NCBI GenBank assembly: GCA_038206765.1
Contig: JBBRAM010000007.1
Span: 73,895 to 137,894, forward strand
DNA from: Burkholderiales bacterium
Lineage (GTDB): Bacteria; Pseudomonadota; Gammaproteobacteria; Burkholderiales; Usitatibacteraceae
DNA length: 64,000 nt
Reading direction: 5' to 3'
Made by a program: the position numbers and the translations under genes. How positions within the stretch are numbered: the first letter of the stretch is position 1; every line of letters starts with the position of its first letter. A model generated the notes under the pieces. That model was given only the letters and a program-made list of their open reading frames with translations, was not told the DNA's origin and ran no database searches. This document shows, piece by piece, positions 8,237 through 17,327 of this stretch.

Positions 8237-8269
8237 GGGCTTTTCGAGCCTAGGTGGCTCGAAAAGCCC
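8237..8269. terminator. perfect 14-bp stem / 5-nt loop hairpin between convergent genes
   Basis: GGGCTTTTCGAGCC-TAGGT-GGCTCGAAAAGCCC lies between the DUF547 stop (8191) and the yceH stop (8314). The flanking U-tracts are weak. Confidence 0.5.
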
Positions 8270-8313
8270 GCCAGTCGGCATCATTTAGTTTCGTAATCGC
8301 GTTTTGGCTATTT

Positions 8314-8994
8314 TTAATTGCTACTTTTTAATCCCAATTCCTGACACAGCATCGCTACCGTCGTTTGCAGTGCAGCAACCTCGTTTTGTAGCTGCGACAC
8401 CTGCAATTTAAGTGTTGCGATTTCGCTAACTGTGATTATTTCGTTGCCGTCATGCCCTGCCGTTACCGCCATGGCCTCGATTGATGGCGCGCCCGATAAT
8501 AAATGCGCCCAGCGATTTTCGCGTGCACCGGGTTGGCGCATTAGTTCAACGACCATCGCGCCACCGTTCGCATCGTCGCGTTCGACCAGCTCCAACAAAA
8601 ATCCCTCGACAGCAGATATATCGGCAAATTTGTGTAGTCGATCCGCATTGATCCGGAGCTCGCCAATGGTCTGCGGGCCGCGTAGCATCAGTGTGGTGAG
8701 CAACGCAACAGCTTGGCTCGGCAGGCGCAAGCCACGTTCTGCATTATGGGCATAGCGCATCACCCGGCCGCCACTGGATTCCATCGCGAGCGATAATGTT
8801 TTTAAATGGTCAACCGCCGCCTGCACCTCATCATCGGTCGCCTCGATCACCGGGTCGCGGTTGGTTTTTTGATTGCATCCCGATACCAGCGCATTCAAGG
8901 TGAGTGGGTAGGAATCCGGGACGGTGTGTTGCTTTTCAATCAACACACCGAGCACGCGGGTTTCGAGTAACGATAAAATTGGCATTGATGGCAT
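8314..8994 (-). CDS. yceH: YceH family protein (DUF480)
   Basis: The N-terminus LSLLETRVLGVLIEKQHTVPDSYPLTLNALVSGCNQKTNRDPV is characteristic of YceH/DUF480. Confidence 0.8.
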   Translation of the reverse strand: MPSMPILSLLETRVLGVLIEKQHTVPDSYPLTLNALVSGCNQKTNRDPVIEATDDEVQAAVDHLKTLSLAMESSGGRVMRYAHNAERGLRLPSQAVALLTTLMLRGPQTIGELRINADRLHKFADISAVEGFLLELVERDDANGGAMVVELMRQPGARENRWAHLLSGAPSIEAMAVTAGHDGNEIITVSEIATLKLQVSQLQNEVAALQTTVAMLCQELGLKSSN

Positions 8995-9368
8995 GGGCAG
9001 TGTTTACCTGAGCAACGTTGGGGGCGAGGGACGATTATCGCTTCGGTGGAAAGGTCAGCGAACCGGCGGGTTAGCGAACCAGCGTGAGACGGCTAAACGA
9101 CAATTAGAATAAGGCGCTATGACACGTTAAAGCGGTATTAAAGTAGCGCAATCATTTATTTGGTTGATGATTCCAACGGGTACGGTTGTTGATCATACCG
9201 TTTCTGTTGTTACGAGTAGAGCCTTTGGCTCTCCAGAAAAATCTCATCAACAATCATTAACACTGGCAATGCGCTTCTCATATGTTTTCCATGCATTTTT
9301 CTTGACATATTCAGTCAGCAAGGCTATCTTAATGACCAAACAGTCATTTAACCTTTTTTCTTTACGCC

Positions 9369-10133
9369 ATGTCATCACTCGCTAAAATCATTGAACCCCG
9401 CTGGGAGCGCCGCAAAGATGCGCGTCCGGGCGAATTGGCGACCGCTGCACTGGAGCTTTTTGTTGAACGCGGATTTTCTGCCACGCGACTTGACGACGTG
9501 GCCAAACGCGCTGGTGTCTCAAAAGGCACCCTTTATCTTTATTTTGACAGCAAAGAAGATTTATTCAAGGCCGTGGTGCGCGAGGGCATTGTGTCGCGCA
9601 TTGAGGAAGCTGAGGCGCGGATTCGCGCTTACACCGGCGACACGCCGCAGCTCTTGGGCGAACTGGTTCACGATTGGTGGGATCAAATCGGCGCGACCAA
9701 ACTGGCGGGCATTAGCAAACTCATGATGTCGGAAGCGGGCAATTTTCCCGATCTCGCCAAGTTTTATCATGATGAAGTGATTGTCCGTGGCACGGCATTG
9801 TTTGCGTCGGTTATACAGCGCGGCATTGATTCGGGCGAGTTCCGCCCCGTCCCGCTGGAATTTGTGCCGCGTATCGCCTGCGCACCGGTCAATATGCTGA
9901 TGCTATGGCGGCATTCGTTTGATCTCTGCGGCGGTAGCGCGATTGATCCAATTGCCTATTTGGATGCGCATACCGACCTGCTGGTGAACGGTTTGAGAGC
10001 GCATGCCCCGTCTGTGGCGGTGGCGCCGGTATTGATGCCAGCCCGGGGCGTCCGTCGTGACTCCGGTGGCTCTGGCGACGCTCGTAACGCTGGCAGCCCG
10101 GACACTCCGGGCAACATCACACGAGCAAAATAG
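9369..10133 (+). CDS. TetR/AcrR family transcriptional regulator
   Basis: N-terminal HTH ALELFVERGFSATRLDDVAKRAGVSKGTLYLYFDSKEDLF. It has an unusually long, probably disordered C-terminal tail of about 50 aa. Confidence 0.85.
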   Translation: MSSLAKIIEPRWERRKDARPGELATAALELFVERGFSATRLDDVAKRAGVSKGTLYLYFDSKEDLFKAVVREGIVSRIEEAEARIRAYTGDTPQLLGELVHDWWDQIGATKLAGISKLMMSEAGNFPDLAKFYHDEVIVRGTALFASVIQRGIDSGEFRPVPLEFVPRIACAPVNMLMLWRHSFDLCGGSAIDPIAYLDAHTDLLVNGLRAHAPSVAVAPVLMPARGVRRDSGGSGDARNAGSPDTPGNITRAK

Positions 10134-10283
10134 ACGCATATGCAAGGCCTCGGCCGGAAGTCCAAATCCGCACGCAGCTTAGCGTTTGCAAAACACATTC
10201 AACCTTTTCCTAACAACCCAAAGCCGTTCGGTGCCCGATTTTGATAAACTTCGGCATCCTCAATCTTGAATCGATGCGTTACC

Positions 10284-10973
10284 ATGACTGCCGCAATGAA
10301 TAATCCCGCTGATATTGAAAACGCCCGCTTTTTGATGGTGGAACAACAAATCCGAACATGGGAAGTGCTGGACCCGGCCGTGCTGGAATTGCTGTTTACC
10401 GTGAAGCGCGAAGATTTTGTGCCGCCGGCATACCGATCGCTTGCGTTTGTCGATATGGAAATTCCGATTGGCCACAATCAATTGATGATGCCGCCAAAAA
10501 TGGAAGCGCGGATTGTGCAGGAAGTGGCCGCCAAACCAACTGAGCGCGCGCTCGAAATCGGCACCGGTTCGGGCTACGTTACGGCCCTGCTAGCCAAGCG
10601 CTGCGAGAGTGTGACCTCAATTGAATATTTTGATGAACTATCGGCCTCTGCCGGCAAATCACTCGCTAACGCTGGCATCACCAATATCCGCTTGTTTGTC
10701 GGCGACGCGGCCGAATCGCCAGCGAATGTGATTGGTGTGCATGATCGGTTTGATGTGATTGTCCTGACGGGCTCTACGCCAATGCTACCGAGCACGTTTT
10801 TGGATTGCTTAAATGTTGGTGGGCGTTTATTTGCCGTGATTGGCGACGCACCAGCCATGAAGGCAAATTTGCTGACCAAAACCAGCGATACCACCTACAC
10901 AACTGCTGAGTTATTTGAAACAGTGCTTGCCCCACTCGTGAACGCGAAGCAGCCTTCGCGATTTCAGTTCTAA
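10284..10973 (+). CDS. pcm: protein-L-isoaspartate O-methyltransferase family protein
   Basis: SAM-binding motif LEIGTGSGYVTALLA and conserved synteny with the rhodanese gene and tolC. Start placed at the first ATG (10284); the ORF track begins at TTG 10266. Confidence 0.75.
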   Translation: MTAAMNNPADIENARFLMVEQQIRTWEVLDPAVLELLFTVKREDFVPPAYRSLAFVDMEIPIGHNQLMMPPKMEARIVQEVAAKPTERALEIGTGSGYVTALLAKRCESVTSIEYFDELSASAGKSLANAGITNIRLFVGDAAESPANVIGVHDRFDVIVLTGSTPMLPSTFLDCLNVGGRLFAVIGDAPAMKANLLTKTSDTTYTTAELFETVLAPLVNAKQPSRFQF

Positions 10974-10989
10974 GACGACAACAGAAAAC

Positions 10990-11334
10990 ATGCAGCAAAT
11001 ATCCGTCACCGAACTCAGCGCGATGTTAAAGAACTTCGTACAAAACCCCGCGCAAAACCCGGCAGATGCGCCTGTGTTGATCGATGTGCGCGAGCCGTGG
11101 GAGTGGGATTTGGCAAGGATTGACGGCGCCATTCATATCCCCATGGGGCAGATTCCGAACAAGATGGATGAGATTGACCAGACGCGTCCCACGGTCATTA
11201 TTTGTCATCACGGTGCCCGTAGTCTGCAAGTCGTCGCATTTTTGCAGCGTGCCGGGTTTGATAACCTGCATAATCTGTCTGGTGGAATCGATGCATGGTC
11301 GCGCGAGATTGATTCGCAGGTTGCGCTGTATTGA
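10990..11334 (+). CDS. rhodanese-like domain protein (sulfurtransferase)
   Basis: Active-site loop CHHGARS in a 114-aa single rhodanese domain. Confidence 0.8.
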   Translation: MQQISVTELSAMLKNFVQNPAQNPADAPVLIDVREPWEWDLARIDGAIHIPMGQIPNKMDEIDQTRPTVIICHHGARSLQVVAFLQRAGFDNLHNLSGGIDAWSREIDSQVALY

Positions 11335-11488
11335 TGACACGCCCTATAACTCAACAATATCAGGGAAATCCAAAGCGAGGTCAGTTAGCATCCTAGATGC
11401 TGGCCAACCGCATTAAAAACAGCATCAGAAACATTAAGTCAAACAGCCTAACAAAAACTCAGTAACCCACCCTCCGGGAAACCAAAAA

Positions 11489-12811
11489 ATGAAATCCAGA
11501 CACCTCACCCTTTCCGCCATCATGACTGCTCTTATCGCTAGCGCCTCCGCTGCGCCGGCCTTTTCGGCCGACTTGTTGGATGTTTATCGCGACGCGCTCG
11601 CGCAAGACCCTGTTTATGCGTCCGCGCGAGCCGCAGCCGACGCGGGTAAAGAGGCGTTGCCGATTGCGCGAGCTGGGTTATTGCCCAACGCCAATTTGGG
11701 CGGTAATTTCACCCGGGTTAATCGCGACATCGCCGGTTTACCCAGCTCCGATTACAACAACAAGGGTTATACCTTAAGCCTTACGCAACCATTGTTTCGT
11801 CCACAAAACTGGATCGTTGCCGATCAGGGCAATTGGCAGATGAAACAAACCGATGCAGTATTTGCTGATGCCGCGCAGACCCTTATTCTGCGCACTGCCC
11901 AGGCCTATTTTGATGTGTTGTTGGCGCAAGACAACGTCGCACTTTCGGTTGCCCAGAAAAAAGCGTTTGACGAGCAGTTGGCCCAAGCCAAACGAAATTT
12001 TGAAGTCGGCACCGCCACCATTGTCGATACCTATGAAGCGCAAGCCAAATACGACCTTGCAGGTGCGCGCGAAATTTCAGACCAAAACGATTTGGAAATT
12101 AAGATCGGTGCGTTGCGGCAACTTATTGGCAAAATGCCACCCAGCTTGAGTCCATTGAAAGATGGCGTAGCGTTATCATTGCCGCAACCCGCGGATGTGG
12201 AATCGTGGATAAAAAGAGCGGAAACCGACAGCCCCGTCATTGCCCAGCTTCGCGCTGTCTATGAAGTGGCGGCACTTGAAGTAAGCCGCAGCAGAGCGGG
12301 CCATTACCCCACCGTTGATTTGGTCGCCAGCTACGGTGATAACCGTGCGCCGTTTTCGGGTACAGGCCCTGAGCTTTCAACCAAAACCACGCAAATCGGC
12401 ATTCAATTTAATGTGCCGCTTTATCAAGGCGGTGGAACGCAATCGCGTGTTCGGCAGTCACTTTCGCTGCGCGAGCGAGCCGATCAAGATTTAGAAAACT
12501 CCAAGCGTACCGTTTCACAGAACGTCCGCCAGTCTTTCCTCGGTGTCAAAAACGGTGTGGCGCAAGTGAAAGCGTTTGAGGCTGCGCTGGTCTCCAATAA
12601 ATCATCTCTCGATTCCACTATCCTTGGCCGTGAAGTGGGTGTGCGTACCAACGTCGATATCTTGAACGCGCAACAACAACTCTTCCAAGCTAGACGCGAC
12701 CTGCAACAGGCTCGCTATAACACCATCCTTTCGCAGCTCCGCTTGAAGTCTGGCGTGGGACGCTTACAGGAAGAAGATTTAGCTGAGGTTAATCGGTTGT
12801 TGGCGAAGTAG
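11489..12811 (+). CDS. tolC: TolC family outer-membrane channel
   Basis: Signal peptide, LLDVYRDALAQDPVY start of the mature protein, and a duplicated OEP repeat architecture (440 aa). Confidence 0.9.
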   Translation: MKSRHLTLSAIMTALIASASAAPAFSADLLDVYRDALAQDPVYASARAAADAGKEALPIARAGLLPNANLGGNFTRVNRDIAGLPSSDYNNKGYTLSLTQPLFRPQNWIVADQGNWQMKQTDAVFADAAQTLILRTAQAYFDVLLAQDNVALSVAQKKAFDEQLAQAKRNFEVGTATIVDTYEAQAKYDLAGAREISDQNDLEIKIGALRQLIGKMPPSLSPLKDGVALSLPQPADVESWIKRAETDSPVIAQLRAVYEVAALEVSRSRAGHYPTVDLVASYGDNRAPFSGTGPELSTKTTQIGIQFNVPLYQGGGTQSRVRQSLSLRERADQDLENSKRTVSQNVRQSFLGVKNGVAQVKAFEAALVSNKSSLDSTILGREVGVRTNVDILNAQQQLFQARRDLQQARYNTILSQLRLKSGVGRLQEEDLAEVNRLLAK

Positions 12812-12902
12812 TTGAGTAGTTGGCTGGATGCAACGGCCTAGTGATGACGACAGCAATTTGGCACTATTAGGAACTCGTCGAGCAATAGGCAGTGAGATAT
12901 GC

Positions 12903-13343
12903 TCATCTTTGGCGGAATAACTTAAGTTGATTCCTCGTCAAATGAAGCTCGCGAAAATGGTCGCCTGAAATGCCTATTTTCACCGTCAAGTTAAAACATT
13001 CCGCATCAATGCCATTGATCAGAATGGCGCCATTTAGTTTGCCAAGCTTGGGAATCCTTGATGCCCCATGACCTGCGGCGGCATGCAATTCCTCCTCGCT
13101 TGCGGTCATTCTTACGATTTTGATGCCCCAATCCATCGGAATGGCATTGATGGCCTCAATGTGAGCACAGGAGACTGTCACGACAATTTTTTCGATAAAG
13201 TCAGAGTGTTTTTGTAGTTTTAGGTTTGGGAAGATGAGCTTGAATTTAGCGCTTTCTATTGCCGCACTTTGAACAGGCCAGAAAAACAGCGCAGCCGCCA
13301 GGAAAATTATTTTGATCAAAAAAACCTTGGTCATATTTTGCAA
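12903..13343 (-). CDS. hypothetical secreted protein (orphan, low GC)
   Basis: 146-aa ORF with an N-terminal signal-like segment (FLIKIIFLAAALFFWPVQSAA). I recognise no family. Hand-counted GC is 35-42 percent in two 60-nt lines, against 53-58 percent in the flanking genes. Confidence 0.5.
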   Translation of the reverse strand: MQNMTKVFLIKIIFLAAALFFWPVQSAAIESAKFKLIFPNLKLQKHSDFIEKIVVTVSCAHIEAINAIPMDWGIKIVRMTASEEELHAAAGHGASRIPKLGKLNGAILINGIDAECFNLTVKIGISGDHFRELHLTRNQLKLFRQR

Positions 13344-13355
13344 GACAGATTGAAA

Positions 13356-14627
13356 CTAATGTTGAACAAAAAGCGCCAGTGTTCGCGCAGTCGCCCCACG
13401 ATGGCGTTGCGCAAATAGCGCAGCAGCAATGCAAACTTCCGTTTTTAAGGCATTATTTTCGAGCAGCCGCTTTGCGTTGCTCATGGCGTCTTCGGCCCCC
13501 GTTACCTGCAAAACCGCTCCCGCTTCTTTCCCCAATTTCACCGCTTCACTAAAGTTAAACACATGTTCGCCGATGATGACAGGCTTGCCGACCGCCGCCG
13601 CTTCGATCAAATTATGACCGCCCAATGCTTCAAAACTACCGCCGATGATGGCGACATCGCAAAGCGCGTAGTAAGCAACCATTTCCCCCATAGAATCGCC
13701 CTGCCAGACCTCAACATCGGCTACTGGCGCTGCGGTCACACTGCGTTTAGCGACAGCAAACCCTGCGTCCTGAATGAGCTGAAACACATCGTTAAATCGT
13801 TGCGGGTGACGGGGAACGACAACGAGCAAAATATCCTTGCGAGCAGCGCCATCAAAAACTTTTTTGTAAGCGGTGAGTAGCATTCGTTCTTCGCCATCGC
13901 GACTATTGGCAATCAGTAGTACGCTCTTCTTGGCCGTCGGTAACGCCGCGCGCCACGCTTTCCCCATTGCCACCAACTCTTCATCGGGGACAAAATCAAA
14001 TTTCATATTGCCGGTAACAACAACGTTTTTAGCGCCTAGCGATGTGAACCGTGCGGCGTCATCCGCTGATTGTGCGGCGACGACATCAATCTGACTAAGG
14101 GCTTCACCGACAAGCGCACGGATGGGGGCGAACTTGGCGTAGCCGGCGCGGGATCGCTCAGAAAGCCGTGCATTGACGAGCAATACCGGCAGATTATCCG
14201 CTCGACATGTGGCGACCAAATTAAACCAAATCTCTGTCTCCATAATCAATAAAAAACGCGGCTTAAAATGCGTGATCAGCCCACGGATAGCAGACGGGAA
14301 ATCGTAGGGTAAATAGGCAATCGTAGCGCGGGTTGAAAATAATTCTGCTGCCATCGAACGGCCGGTTGGCGTCATGCAGGTAAGTAGAATCGGCTGGTTG
14401 GGAAACTGGTGTTCGCAGGCTTGGATCAGCGGCCCAGCAGCGCGAACCTCGCCGACCGAGACGGCGTGGATCCAAATCGCGGCGCTCAACGTCGGTTGTC
14501 GATATCGACCGAACCGTTCGCCAATGTTTTGCCGATAGCCAATTTCTTTGCGGCCACGCCACCACAGACGCGCCAAAATGATTGGCACGGCTAGGGCAAA
14601 ACATAGCGTATAAATTATGCGCAACAT
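13356..14627 (-). CDS. waaA: 3-deoxy-D-manno-octulosonic acid (Kdo) transferase
   Basis: MLRIIYTLCF...ARLWWRG N-terminus, WIHAVSVGE motif and GGSF...GGHN motif. Start set at ATG 14627, so the gene abuts the waaC stop rather than overlapping it by 77 nt. Confidence 0.9.
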   Translation of the reverse strand: MLRIIYTLCFALAVPIILARLWWRGRKEIGYRQNIGERFGRYRQPTLSAAIWIHAVSVGEVRAAGPLIQACEHQFPNQPILLTCMTPTGRSMAAELFSTRATIAYLPYDFPSAIRGLITHFKPRFLLIMETEIWFNLVATCRADNLPVLLVNARLSERSRAGYAKFAPIRALVGEALSQIDVVAAQSADDAARFTSLGAKNVVVTGNMKFDFVPDEELVAMGKAWRAALPTAKKSVLLIANSRDGEERMLLTAYKKVFDGAARKDILLVVVPRHPQRFNDVFQLIQDAGFAVAKRSVTAAPVADVEVWQGDSMGEMVAYYALCDVAIIGGSFEALGGHNLIEAAAVGKPVIIGEHVFNFSEAVKLGKEAGAVLQVTGAEDAMSNAKRLLENNALKTEVCIAAALFAQRHRGATARTLALFVQH

Positions 14628-14628
14628 A

Positions 14629-15636
14629 TCAACCAACCCACGGGAAAATAGCCTCAAACACCGCATCAACGCTGGGGTTTGCGGGGCTGGCTTTGGTGCC
14701 GCCACCCAAATTAATGGCGCTTTTGGCGCCGAATAAACCCGTTAAATGAGGCGAGGTTGTCATGTACAAGCCAATCGTTGGGCGCCCCAACGCAACCGCC
14801 AAATGCGCAAGCCCGGTATCCACTCCGATGACGGCGGTAGCGCCTGCCAGCATCCTGGCGGCCTCGGTCAATGCCATCGCTGGCGGCACGATGGGTTGAA
14901 TGGAATGCGCCAACGATGCCGCTAAAGAATCGCTCGTTTGCTTTTCCGCAGCACCGCCCCACGGCAATACTAAAATGAAGCCAAGCGCTTGGAGCTTTTT
15001 TCCTAACCCGATCCACTGCTCAATGGGCCATTGTTTGTCGCGGCGACTAGTGGCGTGCAGGAAAACAATATAGCGATGTGCTGTATGGGCCGACCCATCT
15101 TCGTTGGACAACCATTTTGGGCGCGGTGATTCCAGCGATTTCCCGATTAATCCGTAATCCGTTTCAACATTCAATCGGTAGCCCAATGCGGCAGCCGCCA
15201 GCTGGCGATTACGCATCACCGCGTGTTCATTTTTAGCGATATGAAATCGGTTCTGATAAAACTTGGCGGCGAGTGGTTCACGTGCCGAATCGGGCGACAT
15301 GCCGTAGCGCTCACCATGCGCCCACGTGGCAACGATTGCGCTCTTGACCAAGCCTTGCGTATCGATGACGGCATCGTATTCCCGCGCCGATAGCGCGGTA
15401 CGATGCGCCGCAAGTTGCGACCAATGCGCTGGCTTCCACCATTGCTTTTTAAGCGCCCGCAGATTGATCGGCAGCGCTTTACTCACGCGCGGATGCAACT
15501 CGACCAACTCAACATACGGTAATTCTGTGACCCAATCAATGGCGGCGTTTGGAAACGCATGTGCAATATCGCTCACCACCGGCAAATTGTGGATAACGTC
15601 ACCCATTGAAGAGAGTTTGACCAAGAGAATACGCAT
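14629..15636 (-). CDS. waaC: lipopolysaccharide heptosyltransferase I (GT9)
   Basis: MRILLVKLSSMGDVIHNLPVVSDI N-terminus and a GVDTGLAHLAVALGRPTIGLY C-terminal motif. Confidence 0.85.
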   Translation of the reverse strand: MRILLVKLSSMGDVIHNLPVVSDIAHAFPNAAIDWVTELPYVELVELHPRVSKALPINLRALKKQWWKPAHWSQLAAHRTALSAREYDAVIDTQGLVKSAIVATWAHGERYGMSPDSAREPLAAKFYQNRFHIAKNEHAVMRNRQLAAAALGYRLNVETDYGLIGKSLESPRPKWLSNEDGSAHTAHRYIVFLHATSRRDKQWPIEQWIGLGKKLQALGFILVLPWGGAAEKQTSDSLAASLAHSIQPIVPPAMALTEAARMLAGATAVIGVDTGLAHLAVALGRPTIGLYMTTSPHLTGLFGAKSAINLGGGTKASPANPSVDAVFEAIFPWVG

Positions 15637-15773
15637 GGTTGTATTCTAGCTGAGCAAGAAGGGCATTCGCGTAGCAGTATCAATGCGGCATAGCTACTCC
15701 AATGTTGGACGCAATCGATTTACAATGTTGCTGAACGAATTCGCAGAAAAATATCCATCCAAAGATAAAAATT

Positions 15774-16538
15774 GTGCCTACAAAAATCCCACTCTCGGTT
15801 GTCATCATTGCCAAAAATGCCGCATCGCAAATCGGCGAGCTCATTCATAGCGTTGCCTTTGCGGGCGAGGTGTTGGTTGTCGATTCTGGCTCGGAGGATG
15901 CAACCCGCGCCATTGCCGATGTGCGCGGCTGCCGTGTGGTCGAAAAAGAATGGCTGGGCTTTGGGCGGCAAAAACAGTTCGCAGTCAGCATTGCGGAATT
16001 TGACTGGGTGCTATGCTTGGACGTCGATGAGCGCGTTTCGCCAGAATTGGCCGCCAACATTGCCGCTAAAATGGAATCACCAAAGCACTTCGCCTACCGC
16101 ATGCCGCGCCGCAACCGGTTCTTTGGCCAATGGCTTAAACACGGCGAAGGCTATCCCGATTATTCATTGCGCCTGTTTCATCGCCAGCACGCCAGCTGGA
16201 GCAATGATGAGGTGCACGAAACGGTCATCACAACGGCCGACGTCGGCACGCTCAGCGGCGATTTAATGCATGACTCGGCCGAGGACGTAACCACTTATCT
16301 CGCAAAGCAAAACCGTTATTCCAGCCTTCACGCGCAGGCGTTGTTTGATCAGGGCGTTCGCGCCGGTTATGGGAAACTGTTTGTGAGCCCGTTAGCACGG
16401 TTTATTAAGTTTTATTTTCTGCGGCTCGGTTTTCTGGACGGCGGCGCTGGCTTTGCCCATGTGGCGATTGGTTGCTTCGCCGCGTTTGCGAAATACGCCA
16501 AGCTGATTGAACTATCCAAAAAATCTGGCCAAAAGTAG
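15774..16538 (+). CDS. family 2 glycosyltransferase (LPS core)
   Basis: LSVVIIAKNAA...VVDSGSEDAT...LDVDE motifs of GT2 enzymes. GTG start. Located in the waa neighbourhood. Confidence 0.8.
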   Translation: MPTKIPLSVVIIAKNAASQIGELIHSVAFAGEVLVVDSGSEDATRAIADVRGCRVVEKEWLGFGRQKQFAVSIAEFDWVLCLDVDERVSPELAANIAAKMESPKHFAYRMPRRNRFFGQWLKHGEGYPDYSLRLFHRQHASWSNDEVHETVITTADVGTLSGDLMHDSAEDVTTYLAKQNRYSSLHAQALFDQGVRAGYGKLFVSPLARFIKFYFLRLGFLDGGAGFAHVAIGCFAAFAKYAKLIELSKKSGQK

Positions 16539-16550
16539 CGATCGCTTGAT

Positions 16551-17327
16551 CTATGGTTTCGTGGTTGGCGCTGGTGAAGCAACCACCGGCGGCACATCTC
16601 CAACCAATGTTATGCGCCGCTGAATTCGCGCCACCTCAACGGAATCCCCCACTTTTTCTGCGCGCAACCGCTGCACACCAAGCCAAGCCAACAGTGGCCG
16701 CCGAAAGCCCTGCGCGGATGCGGTATCGATAGCCGCCGAAATGACGACCGGACTTGCTTGACCACGCCGGAAAATGACGCCAGCAGCAACGAGTTTGGCA
16801 ATGGGATCAGCGATGGTTTGTAATGCCTGTGCGGCATTGACATCAGTATTAGCGATTGCTACCGCGCGATGCTGTGGCGGCAGTAATTCAGCATCGGCGA
16901 TCGGTGATTTGCCCGCTAAATAATCGGCATAGGCACGCTCTGGTTTTGCGGCATCTTGGCGTAGCCTTTCAAAGCCATCGCAATCTTGAGTGGCCAAACT
17001 CGCCACTTGGCTGGCGCAATGCATCAGCTCAATTCTGGCCATTAAATCGACACGGCCGGTGCGGGCTACTTCGTTCTTGGCACGGACAAATTCTTGCGCA
17101 TCTACTCTCGCGTTGCCTGCCAAGTAGGCCTCAATTGAGCGCTCCATCGATGATTGCGCGTTCGCCTGCCAATCCGGCGCAGGCGGTCCGCTAGAACAGG
17201 CTGGCAAACAGCTTAACAAGCTCGCCGTGAGGATAACGGCCAACATGCCATCGGGCGATTTTGAGAACTGTTTTGGTTGCTTTTCTTGTGATCCTTGGAC
17301 CTTGGCAATGTTCACGACGTTCATCAT
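16551..17327 (-). CDS. hypothetical lipoprotein, translationally coupled to the MCE gene
   Basis: Lipobox LPAC after a hydrophobic segment (MLAVILTASLLSCLPAC). Its start overlaps the upstream stop by 4 nt. The start may instead be the internal Met at 17246. No family recognised. Confidence 0.55.
   Translation of the reverse strand: MMNVVNIAKVQGSQEKQPKQFSKSPDGMLAVILTASLLSCLPACSSGPPAPDWQANAQSSMERSIEAYLAGNARVDAQEFVRAKNEVARTGRVDLMARIELMHCASQVASLATQDCDGFERLRQDAAKPERAYADYLAGKSPIADAELLPPQHRAVAIANTDVNAAQALQTIADPIAKLVAAGVIFRRGQASPVVISAAIDTASAQGFRRPLLAWLGVQRLRAEKVGDSVEVARIQRRITLVGDVPPVVASPAPTTKP

Noticed and set aside
9164-9385. 73-aa ORF upstream of and overlapping the TetR start.
   Set aside because: It is an AT-rich promoter-like region. 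The ORF has no motif and overlaps the regulator's start codon.
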